Source: Planctomycetota bacterium (GTDB lineage: Bacteria; Planctomycetota; B15-G4). Taken from it: 64,000 nt of DNA. The DNA is taken from NCBI GenBank assembly GCA_038212275.1, contig JBBQUR010000006.1, positions 180,262 to 244,261 of the forward strand, written 5' to 3'. Under the pieces are notes generated by a model. That model had not been told where the DNA came from. It did no database searches and was given only the letters and a program-made list of their open reading frames with translations. Position 1 is the stretch's first letter. Each line of letters begins with the position of its first letter. This document shows, one piece after another, positions 52,501 to 61,336 of this stretch. Made by a program: the position numbers and the translations under genes.

Positions 52501-53178
52501 GCCGGCAAGACCAAGACCATGATCATCGACATCACCGACGTGGTGGTGCGCGACGACCCGCGCCTGCGCCTCAGCACGACGCTGCAGCTGAGCTGGGACG
52601 CCATCCGCCTCGTCCTCGATGCCGACGACGCGCCGTACACGGACACGGCGCTGGAGCCCTCGGCCGCGCTGCTGCACTACCGCGGCTTCTCGTGGCCGCT
52701 CGACACGTCGGACGGCACGCTGCCCGAGATCTTCGACTGGAACGACCACGCCCAGCCGCGCTGGAACCAGCACCCCGGCCGCTACACGCGCTACGGCAGC
52801 GTGCTCCCGCTGCTGAGCGAGGCCGACGACATGTACGCGATCCTCGGCTCGGGCGACTGCATGCGGCTGGACTTCGCGGCCGCCCCGCTGCCGCCCCTGC
52901 CCGCCGGCTGGACCCGCGACTGGCTGCTCTATCTGGACGGCTGGGCCAAGGACCGCGACCCGGCCACCGCCTCGGCCGAGCGCGTCGAGCCGCTGCCCTT
53001 TCACGCGATGAGCGCCTACCCGCCGCCGGCCGGCGAGAGCTTCCCGGACGACGCGGCGCATCGCGCCTGGCAGTCGACGTGGAACACGCGCGACGGCGCC
53101 GTGCTGCTGGCGCCGCTGGACGTGCACGCCGCGCCCGATGGCCCGCGCCTCGACCTGACCCTGAAGCCGGTGCGCTGA
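49537..53178 (+). CDS. TPR + FG-GAP/VCBS repeat + ASPIC/UnbV (CRTAC1-like) lipoprotein
   Basis: LLGAC lipobox, TPRs, repeated DxDxDGxxD loops, GIG..V...GLG...I.WPNG, SCPFLYTWNG..F.F..D domain; start uncertain. Confidence 0.85.
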   Translation: MSFSGSLASCWNRRSSDAARRMCAALGSGAAALLALLLGACDGSADEPVDADLIRARTEALQVDTRYVDALKAIEPLVARTDAVEEDLVRAGILGNILGRQPEAVGFADRAMALAPKDPAVNYLRGNLHMNVQEYPQAEACFRTVLAVDPGDNATRIQLADTLVGLEREDEAEALWRQVQSAGFEANPALYRIAIYKLSRALLYAGRAEESKELSEEHARLSPVAFRAGEPAPKDPEASTLGYGRLLPPKPHVLQATASTPTWPGFSGGPDVDLHGAEHLLARDLDRDGRIDLVGWGHAGLVVALQKTAGAFNVQLVHERPVLSVAAGDMGTGDGGDAMKPEDPRHALFHPPLELLCVETPGQAAAGSGVFVLYTLNDAGRYETAGPEGLQSGDARAGIFSDVDHDGDLDVVLATGSGLQVLRNDGVERGKLLVLPSASSDAGRAAGNCRSVLAEDFDGDDDVDFLVATEHGLVLLSNDRRERFSNVTAAWNVPQDALATTPAAGCGAPVGALDLDEDGRADLVLAGLDGTLRWARNEPPAGTPAEPRAEPGAGGAHFAAPAPLRADVASLPYVFTDIDLDGHVDLVVRRAEGMTAGVGLPARLVDTVAQALAPLHGAQRAGLSSETAGETGATGSGGAGGAPGTGSSQPFVVTDLDGDLRPDLVLLGAGHARVLHDDGPVGRALPLVLDGLRDNDEGIGSIVQLRAGPLYRRLYWRGPELLGLGEHDVADVLRITWPNGVLQHGLDLPAGVPLRLEQVNRLGGSCPFLYTWNGTRFEFISDVLGTTPLGLPMSPDLFVPFDHDEYVRIRGDQLLPRDGMLQLAITEELREVTYLDRAVLHAIDHPSGVEIHPDERFAFPPFPPHHVHTFTDVVSLPRVIASNGSDVTAQLAAVDDDCARPFRRLPTQYDGLADPWWLDLTLADTPAQRAALAAAPRIRLALTGWLQWGNSSVNMSAARNPDIAFDPPLLWVPDGDGWTPTGDPIGFPAGKTKTMIIDITDVVVRDDPRLRLSTTLQLSWDAIRLVLDADDAPYTDTALEPSAALLHYRGFSWPLDTSDGTLPEIFDWNDHAQPRWNQHPGRYTRYGSVLPLLSEADDMYAILGSGDCMRLDFAAAPLPPLPAGWTRDWLLYLDGWAKDRDPATASAERVEPLPFHAMSAYPPPAGESFPDDAAHRAWQSTWNTRDGAVLLAPLDVHAAPDGPRLDLTLKPVR

Positions 53179-53184
53179 GCGTCG

Positions 53185-54621
53185 ATGCTCTTCAACAGCT
53201 TCCTCTACGTGATCTTCCTGTGGGGTGTCTACGTCCTGTTCTGGACGTGGCGCCAGCGCAAGCCGCTGCGGCACTCGATGCTGCTCGTGGCCAGCTACGT
53301 CTTCTACGGCTGGGTGCATCCGGTGTGGTGCACGCTGCTGATGTGGAGCACGCTCATCGACTACGTGTCGGCGCTGCAGATCCAGCGCGGGCACGAGGAG
53401 AACAACCCCGGCAAGCGCAAGTTCTGGATGGGCATGAGCCTCGTCACGAACATCGGCCTGCTGGCGATGTTCAAGTACTTCGACTTCTTCTCGGGCGCGG
53501 TGCAGGACTCGCTGGCGAGCGTCGGCGTGGACGCGCACACGTGGCGGCTGGACCTCTTCCTGCCCGCGGGCATCAGCTTCTACACCTTCCAGACGCTGTC
53601 CTACACGATCGACGTGTATCGCGGGCACATGAAGGCCACGCGCAGCCTGCTCGACTTCGCGGTCTTCGTCTCGTTCTTTCCGCAGCTCGTCGCGGGCCCC
53701 ATCGTCCGCGCCACGGACTTCATTCCGCAGCTGGAGAACCCGCCGACCTTCCGCATGGAGCAGATCAGCTCGGGGCTGTTCCAGATTTTGCGCGGCCTCA
53801 CCAAGAAGCTGCTGCTGGCCGACATGCTCGGCGCGCACCTGGTGGACCGGGCCTTCCTCGATGCGGACAGCATCCGGCAGCTCGGCGGCCTGGGGCTGCT
53901 CATCGCCACCTACGGCTACGCCCTGCAGCTCTACGGCGACTTCGCAGGCTACAGCGACATCGCCATCGGCAGCGCACGGCTGATGGGCTTCGAGCTGCTG
54001 AAGAACTTCGACGCGCCCTTCAAGAGCCGCAGCCTCGAAGAGTTCTGGACGCGCTGGCACATCTCGATGAGCACGTGGTTCACGGACTACGTCTACATCG
54101 GCATGGGCGGCAGCCGGCGCGGCCTGCTGCGCACCTGCTGGAACGCCTTCTTCGCGTGGACGCTCGTGGGCCTGTGGCACGGCGCGGCGTGGACCTTCGT
54201 GCTCTGGGGCATGTACCACGGCCTCTGGCTGATCATCTCGCGGCTCTTCCGCAAGCTGCTGCACGGCGGGCGTTTCCCGGACAACCCGCTGGTGGCCGTG
54301 GTCGGGACGCTGTTCACCTTCCACGTCGTGGCCTTCTCGATGATCATCTTCCGCTGCAAGGACATGGGCGTGTTCCACGCGGCGCTCTCCGCGCTGGGCG
54401 ACTGGAGCAAGGCCATGCCCGCGCTGAACTGGCAGGTGTGGACGATCATCGCGGTGGGCTACCTCACGCACTTCATGCCCGAGCGCTGGACGCTGGCGAC
54501 GGAACAAGGCTTCATCCGCTCGCCCGCCGTCGTGCAGGGGTTGCTGCTCGCGCTGGCCATCCTGCTCTTCTACGGACTGCGGCCGCCGGGCCTCACGCCG
54601 TTCGTCTACTTCCAGTTCTGA
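53185..54621 (+). CDS. MBOAT family O-acyltransferase (AlgI/PatA-like)
   Basis: MLFNS, LP.GISFYTFQ, FPQLVAGPI.R, DF.GYSD.AIG, FW.RWHISMS.W, GLWHGA.W, F.YFQF. Confidence 0.95.
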   Translation: MLFNSFLYVIFLWGVYVLFWTWRQRKPLRHSMLLVASYVFYGWVHPVWCTLLMWSTLIDYVSALQIQRGHEENNPGKRKFWMGMSLVTNIGLLAMFKYFDFFSGAVQDSLASVGVDAHTWRLDLFLPAGISFYTFQTLSYTIDVYRGHMKATRSLLDFAVFVSFFPQLVAGPIVRATDFIPQLENPPTFRMEQISSGLFQILRGLTKKLLLADMLGAHLVDRAFLDADSIRQLGGLGLLIATYGYALQLYGDFAGYSDIAIGSARLMGFELLKNFDAPFKSRSLEEFWTRWHISMSTWFTDYVYIGMGGSRRGLLRTCWNAFFAWTLVGLWHGAAWTFVLWGMYHGLWLIISRLFRKLLHGGRFPDNPLVAVVGTLFTFHVVAFSMIIFRCKDMGVFHAALSALGDWSKAMPALNWQVWTIIAVGYLTHFMPERWTLATEQGFIRSPAVVQGLLLALAILLFYGLRPPGLTPFVYFQF

Positions 54622-54628
54622 GGGCGCC

Positions 54629-55879
54629 ATGACAATCATCGGCATGCGCACGGTCACCGTCGTCGTCGCGCTGGCGGCGCTCGAGTTCTCGCTGCGCACC
54701 TTCGGCGGACTCGGCCAGTGGTCGGCCAGCGAGCAGAACGAGCGCTACGGCTGGCGCATGCTGCCCAGCCAGAACGCGCTCTCCCGCGAGCTCACGGTGA
54801 CCGAGCACATCAACGCCGCGGGCTTCCGCGATCGCGAGTGGGACCCGCCGCGTCGCGACCCCGCGGCGCCGGTCCTGCCCGCGGCGACGGTGCAGCCCGC
54901 GGCGACGAACCAGCCCGCAGTGCCGGACCAGCCCGCAGCTCCGCCGACGCGCGGGCCGTGGCTCAAGGATGAGAGCGTCTTCCGCGTCGCGCTCGTGGGC
55001 AACTCCATGACCTTCGGCACCAGCGTCGCCATCGAGGACACCTGGGGCCGGCAGCTCGAGGACGCGCTGGCGAAAGACTTCGCGGAACGCGGCGTCCAGC
55101 GCACGCCGATCGTGATGAACTTCGCCGTGCAGGGCTACGTCTTCGAGCAGATGGCCCGCGTCTACGAGGACCAGATCCGCCCCTACCGCCCGGACCTGCT
55201 CATCGTGCCGATGCACCCGCACGACATCACGCCGATGAAGCCGGCACTCGACGACCCCGACTACGAGTTTCGCTCGCTCATCCTGCGCAGCGCGACCTAC
55301 GACTGGCTCAACCGCAACGTCATCAACCGCTGGATGCCGCCGCCGCCGCCGAGCGCCGAGGCGCTGGCCGGGCAGCGCGCCGCGGAGGCCGCCGACGCCT
55401 CCATCACCTACAGCCCGTTTTCCAAGGACAACCAGCACTACTGGACCGAGATGACCGCGCGCCTCGACGCGGTGCGCCAGATGGTCGAGGTCGACGGCGG
55501 GCACCTCGTGATCGTCTCGCTGCCGCGCTGGCGCTCGATTTTCGAGCCCAAGCTGCTGGGCGCGGACACCAAGTGGGCACCCTACGCCAGGCTGCATCCC
55601 GGCACGCTGCACGTCGACCCGATGCCGGACTTCCGGGCCCCGATGCTGGCGCTCATGCAGGAGATCCTGGCCAAGAAACTGTCCGCCAGCCAGACCTACG
55701 ACTTCTCGAAGCTGAAGTGGAAGGACGACCAGGGCGTCGAGCATTCCGGCCTGGAGCTCGACCACGCGGACGAGTCGCTCTTCCTGCTCTACGACAATGG
55801 CCACTACAGCGTGGCCGGCCACGCGCTGCTGGGTCAGGTCATCTTCCGCGAGCTGGCGCGCGGCGGCATGCTCCCCTGA
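54629..55879 (+). CDS. SGNH/GDSL hydrolase-like periplasmic protein (acyltransferase partner candidate)
   Basis: IN..GFRD, GNSMTFG, NFAVQGY, DNGHYS..GH motifs; follows the MBOAT gene. Confidence 0.8.
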   Translation: MTIIGMRTVTVVVALAALEFSLRTFGGLGQWSASEQNERYGWRMLPSQNALSRELTVTEHINAAGFRDREWDPPRRDPAAPVLPAATVQPAATNQPAVPDQPAAPPTRGPWLKDESVFRVALVGNSMTFGTSVAIEDTWGRQLEDALAKDFAERGVQRTPIVMNFAVQGYVFEQMARVYEDQIRPYRPDLLIVPMHPHDITPMKPALDDPDYEFRSLILRSATYDWLNRNVINRWMPPPPPSAEALAGQRAAEAADASITYSPFSKDNQHYWTEMTARLDAVRQMVEVDGGHLVIVSLPRWRSIFEPKLLGADTKWAPYARLHPGTLHVDPMPDFRAPMLALMQEILAKKLSASQTYDFSKLKWKDDQGVEHSGLELDHADESLFLLYDNGHYSVAGHALLGQVIFRELARGGMLP

Positions 55880-55960
55880 AGGCGACGCGCCGCCGGAGGT
55901 CTCCCTCCGACGGCGCGCGAACAGCCGATGAATGGGCGGCGAGCGGCTCGCCGCGGCCGG

Positions 55961-56458
55961 TCAGTTGTCGGTCTGGTACTGGGCGTTGACCTCGGCTTCC
56001 TTGAGCGCCTCGGCCTGGGCTTCGTTCTTGACGTCCGTGTCCTGGTCGGAGCCGAGGACGGTGAAGAGGTCGATCGGCCCCGTCACGATGAGCCAGAGCG
56101 TGTCGAAGATGAGCGACGGCACCGAGGCCAGCCACTTGTAGCCGTCCCCGATGTCGCTGCGCGCGATGACGCGACTGCCGGCGTAGGAGAGGTATTTGTG
56201 GTTCGGGTTGTAGAGCGGGCGGCTGCCCCACTGGTCGGACGCGGCCGTGAACGGGGCCACGATGCCGTCGCCGATGGCGACGAACGGCGTGCCGATGATC
56301 TTGGGCACGTAGTTGATGTCGGAGTGCACCCACTTCTCCGTGGCGCCGAAGCTGCGATGGTCGTTGTACAGGCAGCCGGTGCAGAGGAGCAGAGCCCCCA
56401 GGACCGCCAGGCAGGCAAGCGAGCGGAACAGGGAAGCAGGCGAGTCTTGCGTGCGCAT
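55961..56458 (-). CDS. Hypothetical lipoprotein
   Basis: LLCTGC lipobox-like signal; coding-like composition. Confidence 0.65.
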   Translation of the reverse strand: MRTQDSPASLFRSLACLAVLGALLLCTGCLYNDHRSFGATEKWVHSDINYVPKIIGTPFVAIGDGIVAPFTAASDQWGSRPLYNPNHKYLSYAGSRVIARSDIGDGYKWLASVPSLIFDTLWLIVTGPIDLFTVLGSDQDTDVKNEAQAEALKEAEVNAQYQTDN

Positions 56459-56680
56459 CCTCGTGGTCGTCCTCATCGGGGGAAGTCGGGGGCAGTCGCT
56501 GGCGGGCAGGTCGGCCCGGTCGCACGCGTATCGGGCGGGCGATCCCGGCGAGCATATCGGGCGCGGCTGGCGGGACACAAGCCACCTTGCCCCACCTGCA
56601 GGGCGCCTGCGAGTCCCGTCAGACGAGCCGGGATACCCGTCGAGGTCCGGAAAGTGACGGCCCGCAGCGGCTGCCTGCTC

Positions 56681-57229
56681 TCACTGCTGGCGTGCGAACA
56701 GCGGATAGCTTGCTTCGCGCTGGTGAATCGCGCCCTCGGACGCGAGCACGCTGCTGTACAGCTCGATCCCCGTGACGGGGAAGGGCTCGCTGGTCAATTC
56801 CACGTGATCCCGCAGCAGCGCGTGCAGCCTCGGCAGCGGCGGGTCGTGCAGCCGCGCGAGGGTGATGTGCGGGGCGAACTTGCGCTCCTCGGGTGGCAGC
56901 CCGATGCGGCGCACGACGCGCTCCACCTGCCGGTGCAGCTCGGTCACTTCGTCGCAGGGTTCGACCCCGGCCCACAGGACGCGTGGTACGCCGCGCGGCG
57001 GGAAGACGCCCACGCCGCACAGCGACAACTCGAAGGGGTCGGCGCGCACGCCGTGCAGCGCCTCGCTGATGGCGCGTGCGACCGGCCCCTCGACCTGGCC
57101 GAAGAAATGCAGCGTGAGGTGGAACTGCCGGTCACGCACCCAGCGCGCTCCGGGCAGCCCGTTGCAGAGCGCCGCAAGCTCGGCCTTCTGCTCGTCCGGC
57201 AGGTCGACGGCGACGAACAGGCGGGGCAT
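56681..57229 (-). CDS. thpR: RNA 2',3'-cyclic phosphodiesterase (2H family)
   Basis: RLFVA, HLTLHF.G, PRVLWAG, F.PHITLAR; TATGAT 6 nt upstream of the ATG. Confidence 0.93.
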   Translation of the reverse strand: MPRLFVAVDLPDEQKAELAALCNGLPGARWVRDRQFHLTLHFFGQVEGPVARAISEALHGVRADPFELSLCGVGVFPPRGVPRVLWAGVEPCDEVTELHRQVERVVRRIGLPPEERKFAPHITLARLHDPPLPRLHALLRDHVELTSEPFPVTGIELYSSVLASEGAIHQREASYPLFARQQ

Positions 57230-57337
57230 GCGCCGATCATAGCGCTGGTTTCGCCCGTTCAAGAGCGCGCTGCGGCGGAAGTCCCGCGCTGTCGCCGCGA
57301 GCCGGAGTGCCGCGGCACCCGGCCCGCCGCGCAAGCC

Positions 57338-58315
57338 TCACGGCACGTCGCCACGCACGGCGTTGCTGAGCGAGACCCCGCACACGGCCGCGGCGTCCTT
57401 CACCCCGAACTGGAAGTGCACCGCCAGGCCGGAGAGACCCGCAGGCCAGGCGGCCCAGCCCAGCGGGAGGCCGCCGCCCGGACTCGTGGCGAGGACGAAG
57501 CTCGTCAGCACGGGCACCGGCACGAGCGTGCCGCACTTGAAGGGCGTCGGGTTTCCGGCCAGTGCGATGACCAGCAGCGCCGGAGCGGAGGGAGCTGCCT
57601 GGCTCAGCACGAGCGTGCCGGACGACCCGGCGACGAGCGTCCCCGTCCCGACGAGCAGCGGCGCGCCGGCCACGCCGGGCAGCGCGAAGCCGAGGTTCGT
57701 CCACGCCGGGTTCACCGCTTCCACGACGACATTGTCGATCACGTTGCCGTAGCCCGACGGCGAACCGCTGAGCGGCGTGAGGCTCTTGAACTTCAGCGTC
57801 GTCGAGGCCGCGGTCGCGGTGAACGTAAAGCTCTTGTGCTGGTAGGTGAGCACCAGCGGCGGGACGAACGGGATGACCGACCCGATGTTGAAGGCGAACA
57901 CCTGCGTCGTGCCAGCAGCGCTGACCTCGACCTCCTTCACGAGCGGCAGTCCGTTGGGATTGGCGCTCATGTCGAAGGTCACGACGTACTGCTTGCCCGC
58001 CGTCGTCGCGAAGGACTGGGCGATCGAGCCGTTGCGCGGCTGCACGTTGACGCTGCCATCGAGGTCCACGCTGCGCACGCCGTCCGAGGCATTCCACGTG
58101 GCGGAACTCACGTAGTCGATGTGGAAGTCCCCCACGGTCCAGCCCGTGATGGCGGTCGAGCCGCCGGGAAGGTCGATGAAAAGCCCCGGCGAAGTGCCGG
58201 CTTCGAAGCTGCCGTTGATGAGCAGGTTCTGGGCGGCCAGAGGGGTCGGCGCCGCCGTGGACAGGAGCAGGGCAGCGGCGGCGGCCGCAAGCAGGCGGGC
58301 GATCGAGCGATGCAT
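57338..58315 (-). CDS. Choice-of-anchor C / DUF642-like secreted protein with shared C-terminal domain
   Basis: Signal peptide, NLLINGSFE, ITGWTV...IDY...W.ASDG..SVDLDG, I.QSFAT..G..Y.V.FD...NP, IDNV.V. Confidence 0.82.
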   Translation of the reverse strand: MHRSIARLLAAAAAALLLSTAAPTPLAAQNLLINGSFEAGTSPGLFIDLPGGSTAITGWTVGDFHIDYVSSATWNASDGVRSVDLDGSVNVQPRNGSIAQSFATTAGKQYVVTFDMSANPNGLPLVKEVEVSAAGTTQVFAFNIGSVIPFVPPLVLTYQHKSFTFTATAASTTLKFKSLTPLSGSPSGYGNVIDNVVVEAVNPAWTNLGFALPGVAGAPLLVGTGTLVAGSSGTLVLSQAAPSAPALLVIALAGNPTPFKCGTLVPVPVLTSFVLATSPGGGLPLGWAAWPAGLSGLAVHFQFGVKDAAAVCGVSLSNAVRGDVP

Positions 58316-58368
58316 GACATGGATTCCGGAATCGAAGGGTGTCTGGTCGCGATCCACGTCGGGCGGCC

Positions 58369-58893
58369 TTATCCCATGACATCGGGATGGCCCCGGCCGT
58401 GTGACACCATGTTGCCCGTGCCCGAGGCCTCAAGGCCCGAGGTCGAGATCTGCTCGGAGAGATCGGCGGCCGGATCGATGTGATGCGCGACCTTCACGTT
58501 GAAGTCGGGGATGACCATGAAGCCCGCGTGCGTCGCGAGGTTGTAGAACCCCACGCTGAAATCGATCTCGGTGGCGGTGCACGCGATGCCCGTGGTCGTG
58601 TCCACCGCGATGCCGTTGACGTAGCCGAGGCCCATGCCCGTGAACTTCTGGAAGGCGCCCGAGTCGAGATCGACCGTGGCGATCGTCGGCGGACCGAAGG
58701 GGTTGTTGCCCAGAGTGCCCAGGACGGCCTGGTGCTGCTGATCGTCCATCGCCATCACCGGCGCGAGGGGATCGAGCGTGAAGTACTGCCGCTTGTCCAC
58801 GAAGCGGCCAGTCACGTGCTCGAACTCGACCAGCCCGACGTGACTCCCGACGATGCCCAGGGTCGCGTAGTCGTTCTTGCTGTCGAGCTGCTC
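58369..58893 (-). pseudogene. 5'-truncated fragment of a secreted beta-rich protein
   Basis: Coding-like stretch (...GYVNGIAVDTTTGIACTATEIDFSV...) with no credible start; the coding-like character begins at the repeat boundary at 58894. Confidence 0.5.
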
Positions 58894-58944
58894 GGGGATA
58901 GGACCAGGACGCCCACCGTACGCCCCTCCCGAGGGTCTCGCCAC
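58894..58944 (+). repeat. Degenerate copy (A) of the att-like junction repeat
   Basis: GGGGATAGGA---CCAGGACGCCCACCGTACGCCCCTCCCGAGGGTCTCGCCAC aligns to copies B and C. Confidence 0.7.
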
Positions 58945-59140
58945 TTCCTCACGACAGCAGTTCCGCCCAGGGGTGACGGCCGCTCGAGCGGGCTGAGCGC
59001 CTGGCGCGCAGGAGCCGGCTGCGGGACCGGCGCCAGCCCCGGCTTCCGGCGCCTCTCTGCGCACGCGGCGGCTGCGACCGCCGAGCGCCAGGAACGAGCC
59101 GAAGCTTTGGGCACCGACCACCACGCGATACAAGGCTCCT

Positions 59141-59944
59141 GTGAACCCGTACATCGCCCTGACGGAAGAGTTCAACCGCGGCGACCTGCGCGCGATCGTC
59201 AGCAGCGGACAAGCCGTCGTCCTGCTGCGTCTGTCGGTCACGAGCAAGGATGGCGACTGGGTCGTGAAGGAGACCGCGGAAGCCCTGACGCACGTGCTTG
59301 CCGTCCTGCAGCGGCACGGTGCGCACTATCGTTTCGGCGCGCCGCTGGATGTCCGCTGGATGGCGGGCGGTTGGAGCGCACACCTGGAGTTCCAGGCCGA
59401 CAGTCTCCGCCTGCGGACCGATTTCGTCACGCGGCCGCCTCGGCTCTCGCCCGCCGACCTCGCTGCACTGTGGGAGCAGCAGCGGTCGGTTGCCGTGCCG
59501 TGCGTGGATCCTCTGCGTCTGGTGGCTCTCAAGCAGACAGGGCGCGAGCGGGACTATGCGGTCATCGGGGAACTTGCCCGCCTTATCGCCGATCCGGAGA
59601 AGCAGTCGCTCGTCTCAAGAAGCGCTGATGATCTCGTCGAACTGGCGGCGAAGCACGGGGCGGTCGTCCGCGGCCTGCTGACGCGTCGCCCGCTCCTCAC
59701 GCATGCACTCTCCGGCAGGCGCGACGACCTGGCGGCCGCGCTCGACGCGGAAAGGCGTGAGATGATGGCAGCCGACGTGCGGCGCCTCGATCGGTATGCG
59801 TCAGCGTCGGCGGTTTGGGCCGCCGCCTGGCCTGCACTGCAGAGGGACATCATCGGTCTCCCCTTGAAGGCACAGCACGAGCTCATCGTCGCCAGGGCGC
59901 TCGATGTTCTTCCCTTTCATGTCGCGCCGGAGAGCAGGCGATGA
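59141..59944 (+). CDS. Putative nucleotidyltransferase-fold protein
   Basis: SSGQAVV...TSKDGDW and LKQTGRERD resemble the GG.A...T.D.D and K...R.KD motifs of AbiEii-like NTases. Confidence 0.6.
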   Translation: MNPYIALTEEFNRGDLRAIVSSGQAVVLLRLSVTSKDGDWVVKETAEALTHVLAVLQRHGAHYRFGAPLDVRWMAGGWSAHLEFQADSLRLRTDFVTRPPRLSPADLAALWEQQRSVAVPCVDPLRLVALKQTGRERDYAVIGELARLIADPEKQSLVSRSADDLVELAAKHGAVVRGLLTRRPLLTHALSGRRDDLAAALDAERREMMAADVRRLDRYASASAVWAAAWPALQRDIIGLPLKAQHELIVARALDVLPFHVAPESRR

Positions 59945-60147
59945 CGGGTCGGCGTGACGAGTTCCTGAGCGAGGAGGACCTCGACCTCAAGAACCTCTCC
60001 TGGGATGAACTGCTCGCCTGGTGGAATCTGTGGCTCGAGCAGGCACAGGCCAGCAATGACCTTGATGCGCATCTCTACAGCCACGGCGTCTTCCGCGTCG
60101 ATCCCTGCTGGAAGGGGCCCGCACCCGCCAGGGAACGGTTTCTCTAG
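59941..60147 (+). CDS. Small acidic Trp-rich hypothetical protein
   Basis: 68 aa; ATGA overlap with the NTase-like gene. Confidence 0.65.
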   Translation: MTGRRDEFLSEEDLDLKNLSWDELLAWWNLWLEQAQASNDLDAHLYSHGVFRVDPCWKGPAPARERFL

Positions 60148-60336
60148 CGGAAGCTGCACCGCGGAGCGTGAGCGCGACAGGCACCGAGGTCCCACGGATC
60201 GTCGGGGCCGGATCCCCCGCCGTTCAACTTGCCAGGATGACGCCCCGTTGGGCAGGCCGGCTGCGGGACCGACCGGCCTTGGGATGGCGGCCGCCTGCTC
60301 TCGGCCGCCCACCCCGACCGCTGAACGGACCACTTG

Positions 60337-60462
60337 ATGAACTGGCTGTTGCGCTGACTGCAATCGTCGATCGGCCGGAAGTTGCTCGTGGCGCTGACCG
60401 GCGTCGCGCTGCTGGGCTTCGTGGTCGTCCACCTGCTGGGCAACCTGCAGATCCATGCCGGG
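60337..60462 (+). pseudogene. sdhC: N-terminal fragment of succinate dehydrogenase/fumarate reductase cytochrome b subunit
   Basis: [46 protein letters not shown]...A.TG...F...H..GNL motif; in-frame TGA at 60355; truncated. Confidence 0.75.
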
Positions 60463-60472
60463 GTCGAGAGGG

Positions 60473-60650
60473 GTGAGCGACTCGCCGCTCGCCGGCCGCA
60501 TCGGCACCGAGGCGCTCTCGCGTGGCGGCAAAGCGGCGGATGCCGCGGTGGCGACGGCCTTTGCACTTGCGGTCACCTACCCGACGGCCGGCAATCTCGG
60601 CGGCGGCGGCTTTCTCGTTGCGCACCTGCAGGGCCGCACTTTTGCCCTCG
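60473..60650 (+). pseudogene. ggt: Fragment of gamma-glutamyltransferase
   Basis: [49 protein letters not shown], the conserved GGT N-terminal block; truncated on both sides. Confidence 0.8.
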
Positions 60651-60675
60651 TGCCCTCGACTTCCGCGAGACCGCG

Positions 60676-60742
60676 GGAGGATAAGACATCCAAGACCGCC
60701 ACCTTACGCCCCTCCGCAGCGGCTCGCCACGGCCCGCCCCCT
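60676..60742 (+). repeat. 67-bp att-like direct repeat, copy B
   Basis: GGAGGATAAGACATCCAAGACCGCCACCTTACGCCCCTCCGCAGCGGCTCGCCACGGCCCGCCCCCT; 66/67 identical to 63860-63926. Confidence 0.92.
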
Positions 60743-60752
60743 GCGGTGTCCG

Positions 60753-60965
60753 ATGACGGACGCGCACGGACCGAAGTACCCGCACATCCGCGTGCAGCTC
60801 ACCGGCAGCGACGGCAACGCGTTCGCCGTGCTCGGCGCGGTGAGCCGGGCGCTGCGGCGCGCCGGCATCGACAAGGCCGAGCGCGACGCGTTCTTCGCCG
60901 AGGCGACGGCGGGCGACTACGACCACCTCTTGGCGACCGCGATGCGGTGGGTGGACGTCGCATGA
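60753..60965 (+). CDS. Small phage/mobile-element-type hypothetical protein
   Basis: 70 aa; [16 protein letters not shown]...A..GDYDHLL pattern recalled from phage hypothetical proteins (not searched). Confidence 0.75.
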   Translation: MTDAHGPKYPHIRVQLTGSDGNAFAVLGAVSRALRRAGIDKAERDAFFAEATAGDYDHLLATAMRWVDVA

Positions 60966-61336
60966 GGCGCACCACCACGACCACGCTGCCGATGCACCGC
61001 GCCGACCGCGCGCGGGAGGCGGCCAAGGCCATGCGCGCGACCGAGGCGGCGATCACGTTCACCGTGACGGCACACAAGGCCGCGCGTGCCGCCGAGCGGG
61101 AGTCTGGCGCGTGGGCCGATCACGCCGCGCGCGCACGGATTGCCGCCGTCCTCGCGGACCTGCGTGCCACGCGCCGCGAGCTGCTGCAGGTGCTGAGCGC
61201 TAGCGCGGCGCGAGGATCGTCCGAAACACGCACCCACAGCCTGGATACGCCGGCACAGGCGGCAGGACGTCGAGATCGGTGTAGACATGGCCCTCTCGCG
61301 CCGCACACAGCGGCGAGACGCGGTGCCCTGAGCTGA
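60962..61336 (+). CDS. Hypothetical Ala/Arg-rich helical protein
   Basis: ATGA overlap with the previous gene; 3' end overlaps a convergent ORF. Confidence 0.4.
   Translation: MRRTTTTTLPMHRADRAREAAKAMRATEAAITFTVTAHKAARAAERESGAWADHAARARIAAVLADLRATRRELLQVLSASAARGSSETRTHSLDTPAQAAGRRDRCRHGPLAPHTAARRGALS

Noticed and set aside
60355..60357. TGA recoding (Trp/Sec) in the sdhC-like frame
   Set aside because: TGA is the normal stop for most genes here, and the frame is truncated anyway; a nonsense mutation is simpler.
60670..60700. Complete chromosomal dif site
   Set aside because: Only a GATAA half resembles the XerC arm; the conserved TTATGT.AA XerD arm is absent.
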